Positions 50,254-58,162 of a stretch of DNA of 64,000 nucleotides are shown here, in pieces. Each line of letters begins with the position of its first letter. Position 1 is the stretch's first letter. The notes beneath the pieces were generated by a model. That model saw only the letters and a list, made by a program, of their open reading frames with translations, did not search any database and was not told where the DNA came from. The stretch lies in the sequence record KY555145.1; one strand, given 5' to 3'. Both the position numbers and the translations under genes were made by a program.

Positions 50254-50819
50254 GCGGCTTCCTTGATTTCCCGAGCCCGCTCGGTCCAGATCATCAGGTC
50301 ATAGTCGGCCGGGCTCATCCCGGCGCGATCGGCCAGCGCCAGGAAGGCCTCCTCCAGCCGCCGATAGACCTTGGCGTTGCCCGGCGTGGCCTTGGGGACC
50401 TCGATCCCGTGTTCGGCCAGATGCGCCAGGATGTGGGTGTCGAGCGCCGAGAGCCGTTGATCCGTCCGCGAGTGTAGCAGGAAGAACCGCGCGGTCTTCG
50501 GACCCACGCCGGGGATCGCCTCAAAGGCTTCGACCGGATCGTGTCTCAGGTCGAGGTCCAGGCTGTAGGCGAAGCACTTCAGCAGGCGGTTGTACTGCCC
50601 GATGCCGCGCATCTCCATGTTCAGGCGCAAGGTGTCGTAATGTAGCGCCTCGCGCACTTTGTCGAACGGGGAATCTCCCAGCATAGTCGAAAGCATCGCT
50701 TCGAGCTTGCGAGCCTGGATGTCGGCGGTCTTACCGGCGACGATGCAGCAGAACAGCCAGAATTCCTCCAACTCGGCATCGGTGCGGTCGAACTTGGTGA
50801 CGTTGCGCGGATCGATCAT
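50250..50819 (-). CDS. HhH-GPD superfamily DNA glycosylase-like protein (OGG-type)
   Basis: Start MIDPRN at 50819; IPGVGPKTARFFL helix-hairpin-helix and ALDTHIL motif. Confidence 0.75.
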   Translation of the reverse strand: MIDPRNVTKFDRTDAELEEFWLFCCIVAGKTADIQARKLEAMLSTMLGDSPFDKVREALHYDTLRLNMEMRGIGQYNRLLKCFAYSLDLDLRHDPVEAFEAIPGVGPKTARFFLLHSRTDQRLSALDTHILAHLAEHGIEVPKATPGNAKVYRRLEEAFLALADRAGMSPADYDLMIWTERAREIKEAA

Positions 50820-51298
50820 CAGGGGGCCTTTGCGGCGGTGGTGGTCTTGTACTTCTTGGCGTGGCGCAGCCCCTTCCACGAGGCCTTGTAGCCGTCGAGG
50901 TTACGCCAGCCGCTACAGCAGGGCGAGCCGCAGGAGCAGTGCATGTAGGCCTTCTCGGCGTGCCCGCGACTGACCAGGACCTTCATCGCCGAGGTATTGT
51001 AGTCCTCCGGCGCCGGGAAGACCTTCTCGGGCTCGGCCGCCATCTCGATCAGCAGCCGCTTGGGGCCGTCGTTCTGGCATTTGCGGCAGTAGGCGACCTC
51101 GTCATAGGCCAGGGCCTCGGCTTCTAGCTCGGCCTGGGCCTTGACCTCCTCGGCGAACTCCTCGTAGGTCTGCGCCCCGCTCAGGTAGCGCGAGACCTCG
51201 TGGGTCCTCGGAATCGCCTTGGCGCAGTCCCGGCAGTGGACGGTGTACTGCGCCGTCCAGGAGGCCCGTTCGATATGGTCGAGGTCGTAAGCTGTCAC
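50819..51298 (-). CDS. Hypothetical Cys-rich protein
   Basis: 159 aa; CRDC, CRKC and HCSCGSPCC motifs. Confidence 0.7.
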   Translation of the reverse strand: MTAYDLDHIERASWTAQYTVHCRDCAKAIPRTHEVSRYLSGAQTYEEFAEEVKAQAELEAEALAYDEVAYCRKCQNDGPKRLLIEMAAEPEKVFPAPEDYNTSAMKVLVSRGHAEKAYMHCSCGSPCCSGWRNLDGYKASWKGLRHAKKYKTTTAAKAP

Positions 51299-51744
51299 AG
51301 GTGCGGGGCCAGTTCGCGATCCATGCGGTCGAGTTCCCCACGCTTGTGGAGTTCAGCGACCCGGTGCAGGGCGATCAGCTTCTGCTCGATATAGGTCATG
51401 GTCGCCGGCGAGCGGGTCGGGAGTTCCGACAGGCCCGTGCCGATGCCGTCCGAGGGCCAGACCACGATGCCGCCTTTCTTGACGTGGGTGAAGAGCCGGC
51501 GGAAGTCCTCGTCGATCGACCGGCACTGGGCGTCGACCGCCACCGGATCGTCGCCGAAGAAGTCGGTGTCGTGCATGCCCGGCGTGCGCTTGGTCGCCAC
51601 GCCCACGGCGTTGGGCTCCCCGCGCATGTGCCCGGCTTGGCCGCCCATGCCCTTGCGGATCATGTTGTCGCCGAACACGTAGAGCACGTCGGGATTGCGG
51701 CGCAGGTCTTCGCGGAAGATGCGGTGTTGGTAGATGAGGGGCAT
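51295..51744 (-). CDS. Conserved phage hypothetical protein
   Basis: Start MPLIYQ at 51744; YVFGDN...G.GGQA..MRGEPNAVGV.TK motif common in large phages. Confidence 0.8.
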   Translation of the reverse strand: MPLIYQHRIFREDLRRNPDVLYVFGDNMIRKGMGGQAGHMRGEPNAVGVATKRTPGMHDTDFFGDDPVAVDAQCRSIDEDFRRLFTHVKKGGIVVWPSDGIGTGLSELPTRSPATMTYIEQKLIALHRVAELHKRGELDRMDRELAPHL

Positions 51745-51802
51745 CGGGCGATCCTTGAAAAGGCGGGGACCGGCGAACCGGTCCCCTGGAGGTGGGGTTC
51801 TG

Positions 51803-53431
51803 TTAGGCGCCGTGCGCCGCGACATAGGCCTTGGCGTAGGCCTCGCGATAGGCCGCTTCGTGGATGACGCCGGCCTCGTCGGTGAGGTCTTCGAACGCCT
51901 CGAAGTGGTCGCCGGTGGAGGCGTCCAGGTCGAAAACGCCGTCGAGCCGAGCCTGCTGGGCGTCGGCGCGCCCGTCGATGTCACCGACGAGCTTGGCCCA
52001 GGCCGCGTACTGCGCCTCGATCACCGCGTCGAAGGCGGCGATATAGGCGTTGCTCATCGTCGCATCGATGTCGAGCGGCGATTCGGTGACGTCGTTGTAG
52101 CGCTCGCCCTCGAAGCCGTCGAGGATATCGACGATCGCGTCGGCCAACGCGTCCTCGTCGGTTTCGGCCATCGCCTCGGCGATCGCCTTATGGGCGTCCT
52201 GCTCGCCCCAGGTCCGAGCGATGCTCTCGCCCAAGACCGCGTCCTCGGTCGGGAAGCCGTTCTCGTCGAGCACCGGATCGGTGCTTTCGGCCGTTTCTTC
52301 GTCCTCGGCTTCGGGGCCGGGGTCGGTTTGCTCGGCGTCAGCCTTACCGGCGGCGAAGGCCTCGCCATAGCCGCGCACATAGCCCTCCGAGTAGGCTTGC
52401 CGGGCCGAATCGGGGCCGTCGCTGAGTTCGCCCGGCATGTCGAAAGACGCGTCATACTCCCAGCCGTTCTCGGCGTCGGCGGCCCCGGCCTTGCGACCAG
52501 CTTCTTCGCCGGCCTTATCCCAGTTGGTCTCGACGTCGTCGAACGACACCGACACCTCGGCGGTGGTCGCGGCTTCCGGCGCCGAGGCCGTCACGGTCAC
52601 GCCGTCGGCGGCGGTGGCGTCGGTGGCGTCTTCCGGGTCCTCGACCGGCGCGGCGGCCTTTTCCTCGGCGAAGCGCCGCTCGACGGCGGCCGAGAAGTAG
52701 TTCTTGGCGTCGGCCTCGGGGATTTCGGCCAGCACTTCCATCTTGCAGCAGCGCAGCTTGGCTTGGTTGTAGTCGGTCGGGATCGCCGTCACGTCGCTCG
52801 GATTGATCTCGACGATGATGATCTTGCCGACGCCGTTGTGGAACTGGAGCAGGTAGTCGAACGAGCAGGCGTGCAGGCCACGCGAGCAGAGCGCATTGCG
52901 GTTGGGGTCGCACTTGTCGCGGTCCATCTCGACCGTCGAGCCGATCTTGTATTCGACCGTGCCCGAGTGGTGGTCGAAGAAGTCGGCGCGCACGCGCTTG
53001 AAGGCGTGGAAGTTGCCGTCCGGGGTCAGGGGCAGGCGACCCTTCTCCAGGAAGGCGTAGAGGTCCGCCGCGATCGACTTGTCGGGGTTGAGGTGAACCT
53101 TCTCGATGAACTTGGTCAGTGGCTCGATGTCGAAGCCTTCGGACAGCACGCGCTTGAAAGTGCCGGCCGCCACGTAGTCGATCACGTGGCCGTCCAGGCG
53201 CAGCCGGTCGCGGTCGTCGAGGATGACGCGCCCGAACGACTGGGCCGCGACATAGGCGGCGACGTCGGCGATCAGGCGGATTTCGTCGATGTCCTGCGGC
53301 ACCTTGCGCAGGGCTTCCTCCAGCTTCTTGGCCTGGGCCGAGGCGCGGGGAAACACGCGGTAGCGACCATCGAGCGTGATCGAGATCACGTCGTTGGTGA
53401 TCGTCGACGCGATCTTCTTGGGGGTGGTCAT
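51803..53431 (-). CDS. rIIB: rIIB-like protein with acidic C-terminal extension
   Basis: DLYAFL....LPLT.DGNF.AFK.V..DF.D.HSG, CS.GLH.C, INP.DV..IP.DY...KLRCC motifs. Confidence 0.9.
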   Translation of the reverse strand: MTTPKKIASTITNDVISITLDGRYRVFPRASAQAKKLEEALRKVPQDIDEIRLIADVAAYVAAQSFGRVILDDRDRLRLDGHVIDYVAAGTFKRVLSEGFDIEPLTKFIEKVHLNPDKSIAADLYAFLEKGRLPLTPDGNFHAFKRVRADFFDHHSGTVEYKIGSTVEMDRDKCDPNRNALCSRGLHACSFDYLLQFHNGVGKIIIVEINPSDVTAIPTDYNQAKLRCCKMEVLAEIPEADAKNYFSAAVERRFAEEKAAAPVEDPEDATDATAADGVTVTASAPEAATTAEVSVSFDDVETNWDKAGEEAGRKAGAADAENGWEYDASFDMPGELSDGPDSARQAYSEGYVRGYGEAFAAGKADAEQTDPGPEAEDEETAESTDPVLDENGFPTEDAVLGESIARTWGEQDAHKAIAEAMAETDEDALADAIVDILDGFEGERYNDVTESPLDIDATMSNAYIAAFDAVIEAQYAAWAKLVGDIDGRADAQQARLDGVFDLDASTGDHFEAFEDLTDEAGVIHEAAYREAYAKAYVAAHGA

Positions 53432-53452
53432 GGTCGTCTCCTTGAGACCGGC

Positions 53453-55576
53453 TTAGCTGAACGCCAGGGTGAGCGGGATGGCCTTGATCAGGCCGGGCAG
53501 GGCCTTGATGCAGGCGGTGATCTGCGCCTCGGTCGAGGCGTGGTTCATCATGTCCAGGTACTTCCGGACCGGATGGTTGTAGTGCTTGTAAACCTTCTGG
53601 TGGCCCTCTTCGATGATCTGGATCGTCTTGCTCTTGGGCGGGGCCTTGTAGGAGCCGTTCTCCTCATAGAGCGACTTGAGGTAGGAGCGCTCGCGCTCGG
53701 TCCACTCGGCGATGTTCGCCGCCAGGAACGGCTTGAGCGCCACGAAGAAGGCCGCCAGCGGCGAGGAGGTCATGCGGCCCAGGGCGTCGTATTCCGCCGG
53801 GCAGTGCTTGACCGCGCGGGTGAAGAACCCGAAGGCCGTCGACGAGGAGGAGAACTTCCCCAGCAGATTGACGCACTCGTCGAGCGTGATCTTGTGCTTG
53901 GCTTGCAGGGCCGCGTCCACGGCCGCGCGCAGCGACGGGATGTTGGCCTCCTCGACGTGCTTCTGGGCGGTCGGCGAGGCGATGTAGATGTGCTTGATCC
54001 CGAACTTGTTGGCCACCACGAAGGTGTCCTCGGGCTTCTTGCGGTACTGGTCCGACGTCACCCAGGCCACGCCGCCGTCGAGATCGGTCTCGACCTCGAC
54101 CACCGCCCGCTGCTCGCCCGCCCGCTTGGCCAGGGCCAGACCCCGGATCGGCGGGGTGTAGACCGCCTGCGGCTTCTTGCCCTCGACCCGACGCGGCACC
54201 ACGCCGCGCAGGTCATCGATGTCGACCTCAACGAACTTGGCCTTCGGCAGGGCGCATTGCCAGAACTTGGCGGGCTTGTCGAACGCCAGCAGGAAGTCGC
54301 CGGACTTCACCTTCAGCTTCTCCTCCAGGTAGAGGCGGAAGAGCCGGGCCAGACGGCGGGTCTCGCTCTGGCTGAACTCGCTCTGCGTCGAGGCGTCGCG
54401 CGAGGGGTCCATCAGGTCGGAGACGTCGCGGATCACGTAGAAGGTCCGCTCGGCGTCATTGTCGAGCGATAGGGTCTTCTCGATGCGGTAGCCCCAGCGC
54501 TCGCGGTACTGGTCGAACGTGGCCTTGTAGATGCACGACACGCCCGAGAAGGAGATGCTGGAGGTGGTCAGCCCCGTCGCCGGATGGGTCACCGACTTAT
54601 TGAGGAACTGAGGCTTGAGCTTGTTGTAGGTCTTGAAGAACTCGACCACCGGCTCGATGTCCTTGACCTTGTCCCAGATCACCATCTCGACCTCGGTGGT
54701 GATCTCGCCGATCTTCTTGATCAGGGCCTCGACCGCGTCGGGCTTGTACTGAATCTCTTCCCGCGACGGGATCGGCTCCACCGTGCCGATCGGCACCGTG
54801 ATCAGCCATTTGCGGCCCATGTCGTGCGGCAGCGTCAGCCCGCCCTTGTTGGCCAGCGGATAGATCACGCAGCCCTGGCGCACGTTCCAGGTCGAGGGCA
54901 GCGACGAATTCTCGTAGGCCGCCCAGGTGCCGTCGGTGGCCTCGAACTGCGGGGTCCCCAGGCCCTGTCCCAGGTCAATGTTGGTGTCGAACATCGGCGA
55001 GTAGCCGAGCGCGACGTTGCGGATCGCCTTCTCGAAGGCGGGGAAGTCCTTGGCCGCCACGCCGACCGTGACGCGCACCCCGACCGGCTCGGCGCACTCC
55101 TCGGTGCCCTGGAGCATGATCCGGGGCCGCCCGCCCTCGCCGATCGCGGCGGTATAATGACGCACCACGTCGCCGTCATAGCAGGACACCGAGAACTGGC
55201 TGGTGTAGGCGAACGGGCTCTTGGAGCCCAGGCCGAAGGCGCCGACCAGATCGTCGGTCTGGTCCTTGTCCGACTCGAACAGCGTCGAGTAGAGGAACAT
55301 CACCTTCTCGTGGTTCATACCAACGCCGTAGTCGCGGACGTAGAATTCCGGACGCAGTTCGTTCGGAGCGTGGACGAAGAAGGTGCCCTTGTAGCCCGAA
55401 ACCAGTTGGGAGTCGTAGGCGTTGGTGGTGACTTCGCGCACCATCGAGCCGATCTTGTCCGAATAGAGGCCGTCGATCAGCATCCGGAAGGCCTTGCCGG
55501 AGGCCTTGATCGTGAACTCCTGCTCCTCCTCGACCCCGATGGTTTCAAGGATGACGGGCTCGGCTCCAAGACGCAT
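53453..55576 (-). CDS. rIIA: rIIA-like protein (N-terminal GHKL ATPase)
   Basis: Start MRLGAE at 55576 (GGAG RBS); LYSDK...VRE.TTNAYDS, RDYG.GM, G.FGLGSKSPFAYT motifs; adjacent to rIIB. Confidence 0.92.
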   Translation of the reverse strand: MRLGAEPVILETIGVEEEQEFTIKASGKAFRMLIDGLYSDKIGSMVREVTTNAYDSQLVSGYKGTFFVHAPNELRPEFYVRDYGVGMNHEKVMFLYSTLFESDKDQTDDLVGAFGLGSKSPFAYTSQFSVSCYDGDVVRHYTAAIGEGGRPRIMLQGTEECAEPVGVRVTVGVAAKDFPAFEKAIRNVALGYSPMFDTNIDLGQGLGTPQFEATDGTWAAYENSSLPSTWNVRQGCVIYPLANKGGLTLPHDMGRKWLITVPIGTVEPIPSREEIQYKPDAVEALIKKIGEITTEVEMVIWDKVKDIEPVVEFFKTYNKLKPQFLNKSVTHPATGLTTSSISFSGVSCIYKATFDQYRERWGYRIEKTLSLDNDAERTFYVIRDVSDLMDPSRDASTQSEFSQSETRRLARLFRLYLEEKLKVKSGDFLLAFDKPAKFWQCALPKAKFVEVDIDDLRGVVPRRVEGKKPQAVYTPPIRGLALAKRAGEQRAVVEVETDLDGGVAWVTSDQYRKKPEDTFVVANKFGIKHIYIASPTAQKHVEEANIPSLRAAVDAALQAKHKITLDECVNLLGKFSSSSTAFGFFTRAVKHCPAEYDALGRMTSSPLAAFFVALKPFLAANIAEWTERERSYLKSLYEENGSYKAPPKSKTIQIIEEGHQKVYKHYNHPVRKYLDMMNHASTEAQITACIKALPGLIKAIPLTLAFS

Positions 55577-55620
55577 GGCAAACTCCGAAAGGCAGGCTTG
55601 AGTGAATGTGTTGCCGATCC

Positions 55621-55648
55621 TTCTAGCGAGGCGTTCTGGCTCTGTCAA
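55621..55648 (-). promoter_or_regulatory. Promoter TTGACA-N15-GCTAGAAG for rIIA
   Basis: Matches housekeeping consensus on - strand. Confidence 0.7.
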
Positions 55649-55669
55649 CACACTCCAGCCTGCCGGGAT

Positions 55670-55684
55670 GTCGTGAATCTTGAC
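55670..55684 (+). promoter_or_regulatory. Phage promoter motif copy
   Basis: Exact GTCGTGAATCTTGAC; next five bases (GTTCC) are identical to the 8067 copy. Confidence 0.7.
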
Positions 55685-55703
55685 GTTCCGCGACGCCTGA
55701 GGC

Positions 55704-55955
55704 ATGCTCGTATTCATGCGGAACATCACGGCTGAAGCGACGGGCAAGACCCGCACTTGCACGTCCGAGGATTATCCCTGGCCCCCGCGCGGGTCCGAGG
55801 GATGCGATTGCATGGAAAAGTCCAGCAACCCCAAGCGTGACTTCATGCTGATCGCCGACCGCACCGGTGTAATCGTATGGTACGCGAGGATGACATGCCC
55901 GATTCACGGCCCGAAGATCAAGACGTCGGACGTCGCAACCGAATCCACGACCTGA
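55704..55955 (+). CDS. Hypothetical protein
   Basis: 83 aa; CDC and CPIHG motifs; start uncertain. Confidence 0.5.
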   Translation: MLVFMRNITAEATGKTRTCTSEDYPWPPRGSEGCDCMEKSSNPKRDFMLIADRTGVIVWYARMTCPIHGPKIKTSDVATESTT

Positions 55956-56302
55956 TCGTCGGCGACCCTCGGGAGGACGCCCGCTACGCCCGCAAGCTCA
56001 GTAACCGCGACAAGACGATGTTCGTCTGCGGGGTCCTCAACCATCCCGCCTCGGCCTTTGATCTCGATCTCCCGTTCCCGATCGAGGACTGGATCGCCTC
56101 GGACGACAACTCCCTGGTCTGCGCCGGGCTCTACCTGACCGATCTGCGCCTCCAGTTCTACGAGGCCCTGGCGCCGGCCCAGGACGACGAGCAGGCCTTC
56201 GTCCGCCAGGGCGAGGCCGAGTTCTGGTATCACCGCTTCAACGTCATGATCGAGCGGCGCGCCCACGGCGTGCTGGTCACCGACGGGCGCGTCCTCCATT
56301 GA
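55895..56302 (+). CDS. Hypothetical protein
   Basis: GAGGA RBS before ATG 55895; 135 aa. Confidence 0.7.
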   Translation: MPDSRPEDQDVGRRNRIHDLIVGDPREDARYARKLSNRDKTMFVCGVLNHPASAFDLDLPFPIEDWIASDDNSLVCAGLYLTDLRLQFYEALAPAQDDEQAFVRQGEAEFWYHRFNVMIERRAHGVLVTDGRVLH

Positions 56303-56673
56303 GCAGCGATCTGCCTCTCTACGATGGCGCGCTGACGGGCAAGCTCGTCGGCCGCTTCGTGCGCGCCGGGCAGGCGTTCGATGTCGTGCGTCCCGGCTTC
56401 GACGCCCAGGGGATCAAGCGCCAGACCTGGACCCAGATCGTGCATGGCGGCGTTCCCGTCTTCGAGGTCAAGGTCCGCACCGATCTCGACAACGTGATCG
56501 ACCGCTTCGACGAACTGTGGGAGCGTCATATCGGCGAGGACGAGGACCTGCTCGCCCGCGCCCTGGCCTCGGTCAAGAAGGAGCGGACCGCCAAGTTCCG
56601 GGATGGCAAGTCGGGGGTCACGCCGGCCCCGACCGTCCACGACGTCCGCATCCCCACCGCCTATAGCGGTTGA
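56299..56673 (+). CDS. Hypothetical protein
   Basis: 124 aa, overlaps the upstream stop. Confidence 0.7.
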   Translation: MSSDLPLYDGALTGKLVGRFVRAGQAFDVVRPGFDAQGIKRQTWTQIVHGGVPVFEVKVRTDLDNVIDRFDELWERHIGEDEDLLARALASVKKERTAKFRDGKSGVTPAPTVHDVRIPTAYSG

Positions 56674-56752
56674 CATTTTGTTGGCGTTCGAGGGTTGACA
56701 GCCCGGATTTCATGACTTAGATGCCTCCTCAACGACAACGAAGGAGGCTCTC

Positions 56753-57379
56753 ATGCCCAAGCGGATCAAAGGCAAGCGCATCGCCCTGCACCGGGCCAAG
56801 GTGCTCGACGCCGACGAGTTCAACAACCTGATCGAGGGCGTGTCCCGTCGCGAGCACGGTCTGCGTGACCGCGTGCTCTTCAAGCTCTCCTTCTATTGCG
56901 GCCTGCGCGTCGCCGAGATCGCCGGCCTGGAATGGCGCAAGCACCTGCTGGACGCCAGCGGTCGTCTGCGCCCCGCCATCCACGTCACCCACGACATCGG
57001 CAAAAACTCGGTCGAGCGCTTCATCCCGATTGAAGCCTCGCTGGCCGAGGACCTGCGCGCCCTGCGCAAGACCTGCCGCGACAACCGCTTCGTCATCTAC
57101 CCCCTGCGCGTGACCATGCGGGGCGGCCCGGAGAAGACCGACGCCAACACCCTGGCGCAATACATGCGCCGGACGTTCCTGGAGTTTGGCCTGGACGGCG
57201 CTTCGTCGCACTCGGGCCGTCGCACCTTCATCACCGACCTCGCGCGGAAAGCGAACCTCGTGGGTTGCTCGCTCCGGGACATCCAGGGCATGGTGGGTCA
57301 CAAGCGGATCGAGACCACCGGCAGCTATATCGAGACCAGCCGGCAGCAGGACCAACTCGTCGCCCTGGTCCTGCGATAG
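56753..57379 (+). CDS. Tyrosine recombinase, catalytic domain only
   Basis: GLRVAEI (R), HSGRRTF (HxxR), VGH, and Tyr in TTGSY; 208 aa. Confidence 0.92.
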   Translation: MPKRIKGKRIALHRAKVLDADEFNNLIEGVSRREHGLRDRVLFKLSFYCGLRVAEIAGLEWRKHLLDASGRLRPAIHVTHDIGKNSVERFIPIEASLAEDLRALRKTCRDNRFVIYPLRVTMRGGPEKTDANTLAQYMRRTFLEFGLDGASSHSGRRTFITDLARKANLVGCSLRDIQGMVGHKRIETTGSYIETSRQQDQLVALVLR

Positions 57380-57388
57380 GAGGGCGCG

Positions 57389-57802
57389 ATGACCTATGTC
57401 TGCACCACCGAGACCGACGAGATCATCAACGCCCAGCCCGTTGATCTGGACGCGGCCGAGGCCCTGCTGCGTCCGCGTCCGAACTTCGCCAAGGCCAGGG
57501 GCGTCTGCCGCGAGTGCGGCGCGCCCAAGAACGAACGGCGCCTGGGTGCGGACTTCTGCTCGACCCGCTGCCGCTCGGACTTCCACAACCGGGCCAAGAT
57601 CGAGGGCGCGTCGCTGATCCACATCGTCAAGCGCTGGCGGCGCTATCGTCGCCCTGGCGACTTCGCCTTGATGACCAAGATGGCGGATGACCTGATCCGC
57701 GCCGACAAGCTCGCCAACCGCAGCTTCTATCCCGACCCGCCGGCCACGGCTCACGCCAAGGTCGTCGCCACCAACATCGCCGGGCGCCGCAAGGCCCGTT
57801 AG
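57389..57802 (+). CDS. Hypothetical protein with Zn-finger
   Basis: CRECG...FCSTRCR motif; GGAGGG RBS. Confidence 0.75.
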   Translation: MTYVCTTETDEIINAQPVDLDAAEALLRPRPNFAKARGVCRECGAPKNERRLGADFCSTRCRSDFHNRAKIEGASLIHIVKRWRRYRRPGDFALMTKMADDLIRADKLANRSFYPDPPATAHAKVVATNIAGRRKAR

Positions 57803-57816
57803 TCCAGGAGTACAGT

Positions 57817-58071
57817 TTGACCACACCGAACCAAGCCCCCGTCCACACCGTCGAGAGCGGTGGTCACCTCTTCCAGGTCTATGCGGCCCCGGAGAACCAC
57901 ACCCACCGCTACCTCGGCTATTGCGACGGGGCGATCAGCGTCAGCGGCTCCAGCGTTGACGTCGTTCTGCGGGCCTTGGTGACCAAACATCCGGCGGTGC
58001 GGCCCAGCGGCGAGGTGATCGATTTCACCGCCTATCGCCTCAAACGCCTGGGCGAGGAATTCGCCGCCTGA
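57817..58071 (+). CDS. Hypothetical protein
   Basis: 84 aa, AGGAG RBS, TTG start. Confidence 0.65.
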   Translation: MTTPNQAPVHTVESGGHLFQVYAAPENHTHRYLGYCDGAISVSGSSVDVVLRALVTKHPAVRPSGEVIDFTAYRLKRLGEEFAA

Positions 58072-58088
58072 CGTCGTGATTTAACACT

Positions 58089-58103
58089 GTCATGAATCTT
58101 GAC
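58089..58103 (+). promoter_or_regulatory. Phage promoter motif copy upstream of primase
   Basis: GTCATGAATCTTGACA then N16 and GCTAGATG. Confidence 0.7.
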
Positions 58104-58162
58104 ACCTGTCGGGATTGGAGGCTAGATGGCTCCCGCCTTTCACCCCCGTCCCGACAGGCTTC

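Noticed and set aside
56753-57379. Integrase marking a prophage boundary or att site
   Set aside because: Both flanks are phage-type genes and no direct-repeat att core or host genes are seen.
24933-58085. CtrA boxes suggested by recurrent GGTTAAC(C) near gene starts (e.g. 24935, 36387, 40406, 43647, 49604)
   Set aside because: I found only half-sites, never a full TTAA-N7-TTAA, and several coincide with -10 positions. A PSSM scan would be needed to support CtrA binding.
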